DNA of 64,000 nucleotides from a virus. Its lineage: Duplodnaviria > Heunggongvirae > Uroviricota > Caudoviricetes. The translations under genes were made by a program, and so were the position numbers. The DNA lies in the IMG/VR virus record IMGVR_UViG_2703718869_000013, positions 1-64,000 of that record. The stretch is one strand, 5' to 3'. The notes under the pieces are model-generated. The model saw only the letters and a list, made by a program, of their open reading frames with translations. It was not told the DNA's origin and made no database searches. Positions 42,015 through 52,492 of this stretch are shown here, piece after piece. Position 1 is the first letter of the stretch. Each line of letters begins with the position of its first letter.

Positions 42015-43058
42015 TTAACCTATTGCTACTGGTTTTAACAAACCAGCATCAAGTAGCTTGCGAGTTAACCACTGCTGGCCTTTACCCGTTAATTGGGGCG
42101 TCAGCCGTATCTGGTAGCCATTTTCATCATCCAGCACCACTTCTTTCACCGTGAAATACCCGGCGTTAATGTACTGCTGGCGCGGTACGTTTTTGCGCGC
42201 ACCAAAAGCCATGAGAATGCCGTTCTGGCGCAACCATGAGAAAAGGGCGTTTTGCTTAAGTCCAACGACCTTTGCAAAGTTCCCGATCAGGATTCCATTA
42301 GCCGCTGATACCCGGTCGGCAAAATCGACTTTAGGGGCTGCGGCCACCAGCTGTTGTTCCAACTGCATTTTCTGTTCTGCCAACTCGGCAGCCAGGCGTA
42401 GAGCTTCTGGTAATGTTTGGGGGATCGATGGGGTAGGGGAGTTTGCCTGCTGCAATTCTTCCAGTTTGTCGATCAGCGAACGGCGGACCGCTTTTGACTC
42501 GCGCGCGGCGACTCGCAAGGCTTGTTTGTAGGTCATGGTGATGACCTCAAAAGAGCGCCCAGCCCTTGTGCCATGGGATTTTGCACTTTTTGTGTAAAAT
42601 TCACCTTCAAGTTCATCGAGTATTTTTTCGATGAATTTATTGTTTCTAACCTCTGGTTCTCCACATAACTTGCGTGCCTCATTGACCATCTTCAACAATG
42701 TTTGGCTGTCGATTGTGTCTCCGGTGTTGGGGATGACATTCACGGCTGGTGTTGGCGTAGCTGACGTAACAGGTGCTGGTTTCTCAACATTCAAATTTTT
42801 ACCGGTCACTCTATGTGCCTCCTTTCTCATTTCTGCTGCCACCGTTGCGTAACGTAGACGTCCTTGTTCAATCAAATAATCCCTGATCTCGGCTATCAGT
42901 AGCCTGTTGATCACAGCCTTATCTGTTCGGGTATAAAAACGCCTGGTTATCATGAAATAGTTGGCAATTGCGCCGGGGATCTCCCGTGTCGGCATACAGG
43001 CAGTATGCAGGGCGATTGCTTCGGCTATGTCATTACGGGTGACGAGAGGTTTTTTCAT
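42015..43058 (-). CDS. ant: antirepressor Ant (immI copy 2)
   Basis: 347 aa, paralog of 14337..15371 with near-identical C-terminal half. Confidence 0.65.
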   Translation of the reverse strand: MKKPLVTRNDIAEAIALHTACMPTREIPGAIANYFMITRRFYTRTDKAVINRLLIAEIRDYLIEQGRLRYATVAAEMRKEAHRVTGKNLNVEKPAPVTSATPTPAVNVIPNTGDTIDSQTLLKMVNEARKLCGEPEVRNNKFIEKILDELEGEFYTKSAKSHGTRAGRSFEVITMTYKQALRVAARESKAVRRSLIDKLEELQQANSPTPSIPQTLPEALRLAAELAEQKMQLEQQLVAAAPKVDFADRVSAANGILIGNFAKVVGLKQNALFSWLRQNGILMAFGARKNVPRQQYINAGYFTVKEVVLDDENGYQIRLTPQLTGKGQQWLTRKLLDAGLLKPVAIG

Positions 43059-43276
43059 AAAACCCCCTGAACGTCGGCAGAGAAGGGGAGGTTCCAGTAA
43101 CTAAGTGAATTGCGCGAGTTAGTTGAAAAACGGGCAGTAAAAATGCAGGGGCCATCAGGCAATTGAGAGCGTGCTTCGTCTTCTGTTGCTGCGATAACGA
43201 AGTGATAGTGGTGTTTTTTACAGGAATAGAAACGCCAGATGAATTCTTGGCGTGCGCAAGGATTGGCATTAACCAT
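43055..43276 (-). CDS. icd: Icd-like small protein (73 aa), copy 2
   Basis: paralog of 15368..15589. Confidence 0.45.
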   Translation of the reverse strand: MVNANPCARQEFIWRFYSCKKHHYHFVIAATEDEARSQLPDGPCIFTARFSTNSRNSLSYWNLPFSADVQGVL

Positions 43277-43490
43277 AGTTACGGCCTCACTAACAGGTTT
43301 AACAACCTGCTACCCGCTGTCAAACAGGTGGCAGGACGTGACAGGGTTGACAGACTGGCGTTAGTGAAACCAGCAGGCCGAAGCCTCCCCATCACGCCCC
43401 ACCATAATTCGGGCGTAACGCGGTTTACGGACACAAAAATACCGCAATATCGGAAATCTGCGGTTGTCCGCACTAACATTCAGGCTGTCA
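43275..43490 (-). ncRNA. c4: c4-like antisense RNA region (immI copy 2), approximate bounds
   Basis: sites 43287..43294, 43360..43366, 43471..43478 carry compensatory changes relative to copy 1. Confidence 0.5.
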
Positions 43491-43589
43491 AACCTGGTCG
43501 CAGAATTTGCTACGACGGCAGAACTATAAGCCTGAACGATTAAAAGGTCAATATGATGCGAAAAGATAGCATTCGCGACTTAAAAATAC

Positions 43590-43606
43590 AAATTTATTAG
43601 AGCATT
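43590..43606 (-). promoter_or_regulatory. C1-type operator (16/17) upstream of immI copy 2
   Basis: aaatttattagagcatt. Confidence 0.5.
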
Positions 43607-43700
43607 ATTTGTGCAATAAATGCACAAATGGATCTAATAACCTCTTTTTTTTAAAGGCGAAAATATGTACCCTAAATGGGTTATAAGGCAGGTGAGATTA

Positions 43701-43832
43701 TAATGAGAAGACTATTACTACCGTTATTATTTATGGCCGGGACTGTTAATGCAGCATCAAGCGTAAAGGAGATTTGTACCGATTATACGAAATACCTTGG
43801 GCACGTTTACGCCTTTGCGATCAATGACTATT
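43701..43832 (+). CDS. small secreted peptide (43 aa precursor with signal peptide)
   Basis: MRRLLLPLLFMAGTVNA signal-like N-terminus; not in ORF track (under 60 aa). Confidence 0.3.
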
Positions 43833-43855
43833 AATCCATGCGTAGGAGTGGATTT

Positions 43856-44173
43856 ATGCTGATTCGTTTGTTTTTAGTGCTTTCCTTTTTAACATTTAAT
43901 GTTTTTGCTGATGAAGTTGACTTTTCGAAGGTAGATTGCAATTCAGTGGAAACAAGAAAAGCTCTTATTGAAGAATATAACGAAATATTATCGTCATATG
44001 GAATAACAGTGGTTGATTCTTATAATCAAAAAACTATTCAGAAAGGAATAAATAAACTGGTTTGTTATGGGGTTTACCAATATTCAGATGGCTCTTCGGA
44101 GTATGTTATTTATAAAGCATACCCAAATAGTCTTGGTGAATTGATTAGTGAGTTTAAACCGATTAATGAGTGA
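43856..44173 (+). CDS. secreted protein (105 aa precursor)
   Basis: AGGAGTG RBS; N-terminal signal peptide MLIRLFLVLSFLTFNVFA. Confidence 0.45.
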   Translation: MLIRLFLVLSFLTFNVFADEVDFSKVDCNSVETRKALIEEYNEILSSYGITVVDSYNQKTIQKGINKLVCYGVYQYSDGSSEYVIYKAYPNSLGELISEFKPINE

Positions 44174-44180
44174 ATGGAAA

Positions 44181-44960
44181 ATGAAATTATTTAATGTAAT
44201 AACATTTTGTTGTGCTATTTTTGCTGGAAGCGCGATAGCTGATAATAAATTGCCAGATTGGCTTTCTACTTCAAAAAAAGATTATGATTTAGTAAGGGTG
44301 TTCTATTTGTCTGGATTTGCCTCGAAAGCAATGAATAATCAATTTGGTTATCATTTTCCATCTGAGTTGGTTAATGATTTTAAAGATAATGAATTTGCCG
44401 CTCAGGAAAAATGGAATACAATTTCAATTGTATATGGTGAAATAAAATCCATAAGAATGGTGAATAATGAACCAATTGTAGAGTTATTTACTCCAGGGGA
44501 AAATGCAACGCCACTAAATTATATCAAATTGAAAGTGTTGGATTCAAAACAAAACTCTCTGTTAAAACTAAAAAAAGGGGATGATATATATGCAGTGTGC
44601 TCCGGTGCTAATTTTAGGTTAGTGCCAATTCTGAGCAACTGCACTCCAGCAACTGACGTCATTGATGCTGCACTCTCTTTTTCTGGTGAATATATGTTCC
44701 CTGCTTTTGATTCTTTTTCACCTACTAAGCAAAACGTCAAATATATATTCACAAATCAAGATCCTGTTCAGATGATGAATTTTATAGGGTACCTATCCTT
44801 AGTCGATACAACGAAGGATAAGAATAAAATGGATATGGTTCGTAAGTGTACGCCTTGGAAGCCGGAATGTTCACAACAATTCGTTGATGTAATGGAAGGA
44901 TTTGATAACATCATGTATAAATATGAGAGGGAATTTAAAAATTACATAGAATTAAAATAG
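44181..44960 (+). CDS. secreted protein (259 aa precursor)
   Basis: signal peptide MKLFNVITFCCAIFAGSAIA; AT-rich. Confidence 0.45.
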   Translation: MKLFNVITFCCAIFAGSAIADNKLPDWLSTSKKDYDLVRVFYLSGFASKAMNNQFGYHFPSELVNDFKDNEFAAQEKWNTISIVYGEIKSIRMVNNEPIVELFTPGENATPLNYIKLKVLDSKQNSLLKLKKGDDIYAVCSGANFRLVPILSNCTPATDVIDAALSFSGEYMFPAFDSFSPTKQNVKYIFTNQDPVQMMNFIGYLSLVDTTKDKNKMDMVRKCTPWKPECSQQFVDVMEGFDNIMYKYEREFKNYIELK

Positions 44961-44993
44961 TATTTGAAATGATAGTCAATTTAAGTTTTAACA

Positions 44994-45024
44994 AAACGCC
45001 CATTAAAGGGCGTTTTATTGTTTT
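44994..45024 (+). terminator. intrinsic terminator
   Basis: aaacgccc-attaaa-gggcgttt then tattgtttt. Confidence 0.6.
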
Positions 45025-45183
45025 ACTCAAAACAACCTGACTCAAAACAACCTGATTGTGTGATAACCATATGATACTCCTCATTCCATCTACACTACCT
45101 ACTCTAACTTAATGATACCATATTACTCCCGGACGGCAATATTCCCACTCAATGGACAAATGACTACTCGTAGAATCGGGTAA

Positions 45184-45774
<591 letters not shown>

Positions 45775-45784
45775 GGGGGCTGAT

Positions 45785-46396
45785 ATGGGGCTTAATGTTG
45801 CTTCAGTAAAGTCTTATGTATCTTCGGCATTAACGACGACATTATTTGGCTCCGGCGTTGGTGAGCGGGAAGTTGGTAAGCTGACGTCAATCATCATGAA
45901 CAAAATGCTGTTCGCGCAAGGATGGCAGTTCTCTGTCGAAGTTGATGGTCTGGAGGGGGCAGACTTCTTTGCTAAAGACATTACCTACCACGATTACAGC
46001 ATCGAATATGAAACGATTAAAATCGGCGGAGGGAATATCCTTCAGCCAACGGAGCGTTCGCCTGGGCAGATAACAATGATGGTCAGGGACACTGTTGATG
46101 GCCTCGTTTTGGACTGGTTTAAGACGGCAAAAAGTCGGGTGATCAATCCTGACGGTACCGGGAACATACCATCTAAATATTTGCTCAATGTGCGTATTTA
46201 TCGGTTGCTGTCTTCCGGCTTAACCAAACTGGAAAATGAGATGACGGTATTCCCGGTCACTACCGGCGATGTCACCTATGCGCGGGATCAGGTTACGGAA
46301 TTTAAGTCATTCCCAATGACCTTCGCATTGCACAGCACGTTTAACCAATCCTCAAGTTCTTTGGCTTCCCTTCTGGGCTTTAGTTTTTCTCTTTGA
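45785..46396 (+). CDS. putative tail tube protein (203 aa)
   Basis: size and position upstream of the tape-measure-like gene. Confidence 0.4.
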   Translation: MGLNVASVKSYVSSALTTTLFGSGVGEREVGKLTSIIMNKMLFAQGWQFSVEVDGLEGADFFAKDITYHDYSIEYETIKIGGGNILQPTERSPGQITMMVRDTVDGLVLDWFKTAKSRVINPDGTGNIPSKYLLNVRIYRLLSSGLTKLENEMTVFPVTTGDVTYARDQVTEFKSFPMTFALHSTFNQSSSSLASLLGFSFSL

Positions 46397-46410
46397 ATTA
46401 AGGAGCAAGG

Positions 46411-47292
46411 ATGCTTTTACCCCTTTTCCCGCTACCATCGCGGCCAACTGAATTGATCCAGTTCCGTCAGCCAAATATTGCTGATGCGATGCGTTTCAAC
46501 TCGATAACACCGGAGGAACAAGAACAACAGACAACGGCATATTTAAAAGCCTTGCTGGCTGAACCCGTGAAACATGATCCCCTGACATGGACGGCGCAGG
46601 ACCGGATTACCGCGTTATGGTGGATATTTACTGGCTCCCGTGAAACACCGGTCGAGACATTCACCTACACCTGTAAACATTGCGGTAAAGAGCATTATTA
46701 CGATTGTGATATGAATGCTCTGGCTGAAGATATCCAGGTCCTGGAAGTGGAACCTTTCATTGACGATATTGAGGTGTCTGTAGAGGGAGTACCTTATCAA
46801 TGGCGTATCGTGCCGCTTGATGGTTGGGCAATGGAAATGCTGGAGATGCGCCGTGCAGCATTGCCACCTGAAGACGACGCGGAATTCAAAGAAGCGATCG
46901 TTGATTTGCGTTTTTGGGAATTCGCTTATCAGTGTGAGCTTTATAACGATGTTAGTGGTACTCGTGAAGATCAGGCTGAGCGTCGTTATGAAACGATCAA
47001 ACGGATGGCCATTGATACTGAATTTATGAAGCTGGCGGCACACATCCGGCTGGCTCATGAAAAGCTCGAACATGGTTTACCGTGCTACATCGATAAAGGC
47101 GAAATGCGTCTTCGTCTCCCGCCGCACAAATGCCCAAACCAGGATACAAAGGAGTCCACAGAGGGTGCGTACACCCGTCTGTGGGTGCCCTTTCGGGCTA
47201 CCGACTTCATTCCACAGGTGGGGATTGAAAAGCTATCAGACCTTAGTGTCCAACCTGGTTTTGTATGGGGGTATACCGATTCAGGACGCTGA
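46411..47292 (+). CDS. hypothetical protein, possible tail assembly chaperone (293 aa)
   Basis: position between tube-like gene and sit; CxxC...C motif. Confidence 0.35.
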   Translation: MLLPLFPLPSRPTELIQFRQPNIADAMRFNSITPEEQEQQTTAYLKALLAEPVKHDPLTWTAQDRITALWWIFTGSRETPVETFTYTCKHCGKEHYYDCDMNALAEDIQVLEVEPFIDDIEVSVEGVPYQWRIVPLDGWAMEMLEMRRAALPPEDDAEFKEAIVDLRFWEFAYQCELYNDVSGTREDQAERRYETIKRMAIDTEFMKLAAHIRLAHEKLEHGLPCYIDKGEMRLRLPPHKCPNQDTKESTEGAYTRLWVPFRATDFIPQVGIEKLSDLSVQPGFVWGYTDSGR

Positions 47293-47373
47293 AAGGCTTA
47301 CTGAATCCTATGCGTTTTTCCTGTTGGAGAAACTGGAAGAAAAACTTAAACCGAAACGGTAGGCGATAAGATC

Positions 47374-50300
47374 ATGGAAAGAAAAAACGCCAATATTGAC
47401 GATGTTATAAGGACAGTTGAAACCGCCAGCGCGAAAGAGCTGGAAGAGCTTGCAGGTATTCGGGAAGCTGTTGAAGATTTGAAAGGGGAACGAGTTGCAA
47501 CTGTTGATCCTGTCTCTCGCAGTGTGTCGGCATTAAATCGCACAATCGAAAATTCCCGGCCAGACTTTGTGGCCAATGCGCCATCCGTGGACCCTATTGT
47601 TGAGGCAATGAAACGGCTTAATTTAGGGGACGTTTCTCGTGTAGTTCAGGAGGATGTTGCTCTAGAGGAACCGCAGGCCAAATCAACTACGCGAAAGGGT
47701 AAAAAACGACGCAAGAAGGCTATAACAGAAGATGTAAAGGCGCAACGGACCGAAGCAGCCGAACACGCTCGCGAAATGTTCGGTCAAAAAGGCGGTGCGC
47801 AAAAAAGCCAAAACCAACGCGATGCGCGTGGTCGTTTTATTGGAAAGTCAGGGAGTAAGGCCGCAGCGGAAGATGCCCGTGCTGAACGTGCTGAAAAGGC
47901 CAGGCGCAAAGAGGATGATGAGCGTCTAAATGCTGAATCAGGTTTATTAAAAAAACTGTCAAAAGTAGCTGAAGGCATAGGTAACCCTTCAGAGACTCGT
48001 GCCGTCGATGCGTTAGGTTATGCCGTTGCTGGTCCATTGTGGGCAGCAGGGAAGGAGCTTGGCGGGATATCAAAAGAAGTTGGTGGATCGCTTAATGGTG
48101 CCAGAAAGTCTATTGCCGATGTGATTCGTGGCAATGACGATAACAGCCGTAGAAAAGGTTTTTTTAGGCGTAAATCGCAAAATAGTGCCGATGTCGTTCA
48201 GATTAACACCCAAAAACGGACGGTTCAGGAACTTCAGGATCAGACCAGCGAAATTAAAGAGGGCAATGACAAGATTCTCAGCGCCCTTGATCAGATAGCC
48301 AAAAACACCGGGAAAAAGAAGGGCGGCTTGCTGTCCAAATTATTTAGCCTGTTAGGGAAGGGGGCCGGTGGTATTGCCTCCCTTATTTTTGGCCGTGGGG
48401 CACTAAAGAAAGTTGGCTCGATGGCACTCGGCGCTTTAGGTATTAAGGGGGTAGGGAAACTAGGGATTAAGGCGGTCGCAAAAGGCGCTTTACGTGCAAT
48501 TCCGCTAGTCGGCACGGTGGCTGGAGGTATCTATGATGCGGTAACCGGTTGGAATGATATAGAAGCGCAACGCCGAGCGTTTGGGCTTAAATCAGGACAA
48601 GATCCATCATTCCAGCAAAAAGCCGCTTATACGTTAGCTAATGTTCTTGATATGGGGGGACTGGTATCTGGTATTAGCAGCGCCATTGGTGAGGTTCTCA
48701 AATCACTTGGATTTGAGGATATCGGCAATATGTTGCAATCATTTTCGACGGAAAGTATTGCCCAGGCCATTGATAGCGGGGTTACCAACTTAGAAACATA
48801 TATTTCTAATCTTGGCGACACCATTTCTACCAAGTTCGATGATTATACAGCAAAGATTGGTGATGCTATTTCTGCATGGTTCAGTGACACCACAAAGAAT
48901 CTGAACGAAAAATTAGACGCCATCAAAAACTTCTTTACTGTCGATAACCTGAAACAGGTTTTCAGTGATGCAATTGATAGTGCAATTGATTTCATTAAGA
49001 ATCCTGGGAAATACATTAAAGAGGCTGGCAGTAATCTATGGAGTGCCGCAAAAGAGCTTTCAGGTGAGGTTGCAGATGCCGCTGTTCAGAGCACCCCTGT
49101 GGCCTGGGTTGCATCAAAGCTAGTCAACAAAGCGGATGCGAAAGAGGTTACACCTGAATTAAAAACACCAGCTAAAGAAAGTCAGGAGGACAATGCTCCT
49201 AAGACTGAATATACCCCTAAAAAGGCTAATATTGTCACTCGTGTTGTAAATGCATCCCTAGATACGGCGAAAGATAGCAATAAAACAGTTAAAGAAACTG
49301 CCAATCAGATTATCAATGCAAATGCCGTAGAAACGGGCAATCGCGCGTTGCAGAAAATTGATAATGCTATTGGTCAAAATAGCTCATCATCATCGTCGCT
49401 TAATACTACTGGCACCAGGAATGACATTCAGAAAGCTGCGGATACCTACAACAATGGCAACTTAGATGTAAAAGTCGGAAGCCTTGGCGCTGAAGGTAAG
49501 GCAAATCTCGATAAGTTGGCTCCGTATTTTGCTGAACTAGAGAATAAATATGGCCTTCCTGAAGGTACTCTTTACGCGATCGCTGCAACTGAATCTGGTG
49601 GTGATCCTAACGCAAAATCTACGCTTACAAGATCACCAAATGGAAAGCTAAGTGGTGGCGCTCTCGGAATGTTCCAGTTTACGAGCGTTGCTCGTGAGGA
49701 AACTGGATTATCCCGGGAAGATTCTTTTAATCCGGAAAAATCGGCAGAAGCTGCGGCTCTTCTCATGAGCAAGTATCTGAAGCAAGCCAATGGAGACTTA
49801 AACGAGGCCATCACTGCATATAACGCTGGGTTTGGCACTATCAATAAGTGGAAAAAAGGCACAGGTGACTTATCGAAAGAAAACCGTGAGTACGCGATCA
49901 AGGTCAATACTCATCGTGCTCGCTATTTGGGTGGTGAAATCTATACACCTGGAGCAGGAGCACAGGGTGGGGCGCAATATGGAGTGAGGGGACCACTGCC
50001 TGATAACGCCGTTATCGATCAGTCTACTGGCCTGGCGTTTACCCCTGGTGATAGCCCGTTTGAGAAAGGCGGTCTGGTAGACAAAATCGGCAATGCTGTT
50101 GGCGTTAACGATCTGGTCAACAAATTCATGAATGGCCGGGGGATGCGTCGGGAAGTCGTTCAGGGAACCCTCGAAGAACGTGCACGAGGAAGGGGAACCG
50201 CAACGGCAGCTGGCAATGTGTATGTTGATACACCTATGCCAGTTGAAGAGGCACGTCCGGTAGCAAACAACTCAAGTTACTTTGACCAACTCGGTGCACA

Positions 50301-50706
50301 AATGGGGATTGATGGGCTGTATGACAAACTCATTAATGCCCGGGGAATGCGCTCAAATAATTCTCCTCAACCAGCCTCCACGTCCCAGGTGACGACTGCC
50401 GCCAACGATTTGCAGCAACCAACCGGTCGTATGCAGATAGACGGACAGGTTATTAGTGACCTTGGCGGCTCCGGTGCCAAGCCGACAATGCAGTTGGCTG
50501 ATAATACCGTTTCACTTGATGGTGAAACGAAGCGGCTGTTTGCGCAGATGACCTCATTGCTTGCCAGGATTGAAGAGCACACTAAAGACTCGGCGAAAGG
50601 CCAGGGAACTGTCGTAAAGGTCAGCACGCCTCAACCGGGCGTTATGCGCACGGTGCCACTGTCAATTGATGATCCGTTGATGAATGACTACGCGAGAGTT
50701 GATTGA
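47374..50706 (+). CDS. sit: tape-measure-like protein with C-terminal lytic transglycosylase (SLT) domain
   Basis: 1110 aa; Gly-rich membrane-like middle; SLT-like YAIAATESGGDPNAKS...GALGMFQF. Confidence 0.75.
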   Translation: MERKNANIDDVIRTVETASAKELEELAGIREAVEDLKGERVATVDPVSRSVSALNRTIENSRPDFVANAPSVDPIVEAMKRLNLGDVSRVVQEDVALEEPQAKSTTRKGKKRRKKAITEDVKAQRTEAAEHAREMFGQKGGAQKSQNQRDARGRFIGKSGSKAAAEDARAERAEKARRKEDDERLNAESGLLKKLSKVAEGIGNPSETRAVDALGYAVAGPLWAAGKELGGISKEVGGSLNGARKSIADVIRGNDDNSRRKGFFRRKSQNSADVVQINTQKRTVQELQDQTSEIKEGNDKILSALDQIAKNTGKKKGGLLSKLFSLLGKGAGGIASLIFGRGALKKVGSMALGALGIKGVGKLGIKAVAKGALRAIPLVGTVAGGIYDAVTGWNDIEAQRRAFGLKSGQDPSFQQKAAYTLANVLDMGGLVSGISSAIGEVLKSLGFEDIGNMLQSFSTESIAQAIDSGVTNLETYISNLGDTISTKFDDYTAKIGDAISAWFSDTTKNLNEKLDAIKNFFTVDNLKQVFSDAIDSAIDFIKNPGKYIKEAGSNLWSAAKELSGEVADAAVQSTPVAWVASKLVNKADAKEVTPELKTPAKESQEDNAPKTEYTPKKANIVTRVVNASLDTAKDSNKTVKETANQIINANAVETGNRALQKIDNAIGQNSSSSSSLNTTGTRNDIQKAADTYNNGNLDVKVGSLGAEGKANLDKLAPYFAELENKYGLPEGTLYAIAATESGGDPNAKSTLTRSPNGKLSGGALGMFQFTSVAREETGLSREDSFNPEKSAEAAALLMSKYLKQANGDLNEAITAYNAGFGTINKWKKGTGDLSKENREYAIKVNTHRARYLGGEIYTPGAGAQGGAQYGVRGPLPDNAVIDQSTGLAFTPGDSPFEKGGLVDKIGNAVGVNDLVNKFMNGRGMRREVVQGTLEERARGRGTATAAGNVYVDTPMPVEEARPVANNSSYFDQLGAQMGIDGLYDKLINARGMRSNNSPQPASTSQVTTAANDLQQPTGRMQIDGQVISDLGGSGAKPTMQLADNTVSLDGETKRLFAQMTSLLARIEEHTKDSAKGQGTVVKVSTPQPGVMRTVPLSIDDPLMNDYARVD

Positions 50707-51062
50707 TGGCCAACAATAACGAAATTGATCCTTTACTGACGCTGGAGTTATCCGGCGTAAAAACGTATGAGTCCCAGGAGGAGGCCTGGGGCGCTCGTTT
50801 ATATGAGTGGCTGAACACTTATCAGGGTGAGGTATACGGGGATCCGTCATGGGGCAATGTTTTACCGCAGTTTAAACACGAACCGACCAACTTGTCGCAT
50901 GTTCAAATTGCGGTTGAGGCAATGCTGTTGCAAAAACTGACGGTAGATTTACCTGACATACCGATTTCTGGCTTGTCAGTAGCCGAGGGAGATGCTTTTG
51001 ATAAGTTGAAAATATCCATTCGTATCAGGGATATAACTATCACACAGGACGTGGTGCTATGA
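50703..51062 (+). CDS. baseplate wedge protein (GPW/gp25-like)
   Basis: 119 aa; QGEVYGDPSWGNVLPQFKHEP resembles the GPW core. Confidence 0.45.
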   Translation: MMANNNEIDPLLTLELSGVKTYESQEEAWGARLYEWLNTYQGEVYGDPSWGNVLPQFKHEPTNLSHVQIAVEAMLLQKLTVDLPDIPISGLSVAEGDAFDKLKISIRIRDITITQDVVL

Positions 51063-52492
51063 GTAAAACAACACCGACTAAAGACAGTATTCGTGCAGAG
51101 TTTGAAGAGCTTGTCGAGAAAGATTCATTCTGGTCGAAGTTTGTCGGCTCTCAATTTGTCTCGATGCTGACATTGTTTATTACCCAGATTGTCTACAGGT
51201 GCTTTCAGTATGCCGATGCGGCGCTGGCTGAAGGCTTTATATCGACCGCGACGCGGCGTTCCTCTATCCTGGCAGCGGCAGAAACGAATAGTTACGTTGG
51301 TACCAAGCCAACACCGTCATCGGGGATGATTGAGATCACCGCCACAAGTGAAGATGCCCCAGCGGTAATCCCCAAAAACATGCCTTTAATATCTGACGAC
51401 CAGTACCCTTACATGACTATGGATGTATGCAGGTTGGTTGACGGCACCGGTACGGTAGAAGTGGCACAGTTGGAAATCCAGGAGGTGACATATACCGTTA
51501 CGGCAGCCAAAGAATTTCTGGAAGTCGTGTTATCAAAGGCTCTCACTGCTGTCTGCTATAAGCTGGAAGTATTCGTGACGACCGATGGTAAGACCACGCA
51601 GTGGTCTTCCAGCACTATGTTCCGGTTAGCCGGTAGTAAAAGCCAGGTCTACGTTGAGTTTTATAAGCCATCCGAGCAGTTGGGGGTTCGATTCGGTGAT
51701 GGGCTAATTGGGCAAATACCGCCAGAAGGCTCGACCATTACACTTAAGGTATGGTGCACCAACGGAGATATAACCCTGGTTGCTGGCCAAAATCTGACGC
51801 CTGTCGATTCTGCGGCTAATTTAGCTAATTTGATTTCAGTTAAGACAACGACACCCATAACCGCAGGTACCGATGCCGAAACAACGGAGATCACACGTAA
51901 TCGTGCACAATATTACCTTGCCTATGATGATCAGGTCGTATGGGGCGGGGACTATACGTATTTTCTGGTGCGTAACATCCCGGGACTGTCCTGGGTAAAG
52001 GCATGGGGCGAAGGCCAGCAAGAGAAATTAGATGGTGCTTATAATGTTCGGAATATCAATAAGATATTTATTTCAGGATGGCATCCAAACAAAAGCCAGT
52101 CAGAGCTTGAAGAAATGATCCTGGCTGCCTTTAAGAAGGTGCCGAATGAGTTGAACAAGAAATTCTCGTATAAAGAGGTCAGAAAACTCCCCTTTAAGAT
52201 CACCATCACTGGGCGGATATCGGCAAGCCTGACCATTGAGAATGTGACCGATGAGCTGAAGTCGGCACTGGAAACAAAATTTGGGCGCGACTCAACTTTC
52301 TTTGATCCGAACCGCGTCGGGAAGTACATCCTGATTAAGAAAAAAGACGTTTGGGCGTTTATCGAAACGCTGGGTTATTTCCGCGACTTTTATCTGGAAT
52401 TTGTCGAGTGGAATGAGTCCAACGGCTTTTACGATTTCGTTTATCTGGATACAGAAAACTCCACCTTTAATATTTCGTATGAGGAGGAGTGA
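51059..52492 (+). CDS. baseplate protein (gpJ/gp6-like)
   Basis: 477 aa immediately after GPW-like gene. Confidence 0.45.
   Translation: MSKTTPTKDSIRAEFEELVEKDSFWSKFVGSQFVSMLTLFITQIVYRCFQYADAALAEGFISTATRRSSILAAAETNSYVGTKPTPSSGMIEITATSEDAPAVIPKNMPLISDDQYPYMTMDVCRLVDGTGTVEVAQLEIQEVTYTVTAAKEFLEVVLSKALTAVCYKLEVFVTTDGKTTQWSSSTMFRLAGSKSQVYVEFYKPSEQLGVRFGDGLIGQIPPEGSTITLKVWCTNGDITLVAGQNLTPVDSAANLANLISVKTTTPITAGTDAETTEITRNRAQYYLAYDDQVVWGGDYTYFLVRNIPGLSWVKAWGEGQQEKLDGAYNVRNINKIFISGWHPNKSQSELEEMILAAFKKVPNELNKKFSYKEVRKLPFKITITGRISASLTIENVTDELKSALETKFGRDSTFFDPNRVGKYILIKKKDVWAFIETLGYFRDFYLEFVEWNESNGFYDFVYLDTENSTFNISYEEE

Noticed and set aside
46411-47362. Possible programmed frameshift fusing the 293-aa gene to a +1-frame extension reaching the sit start
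   Set aside because: The extension is only about 23 codons beyond the stop, which is not statistically unusual, and no convincing slippery heptamer was found. Kept as unsupported.
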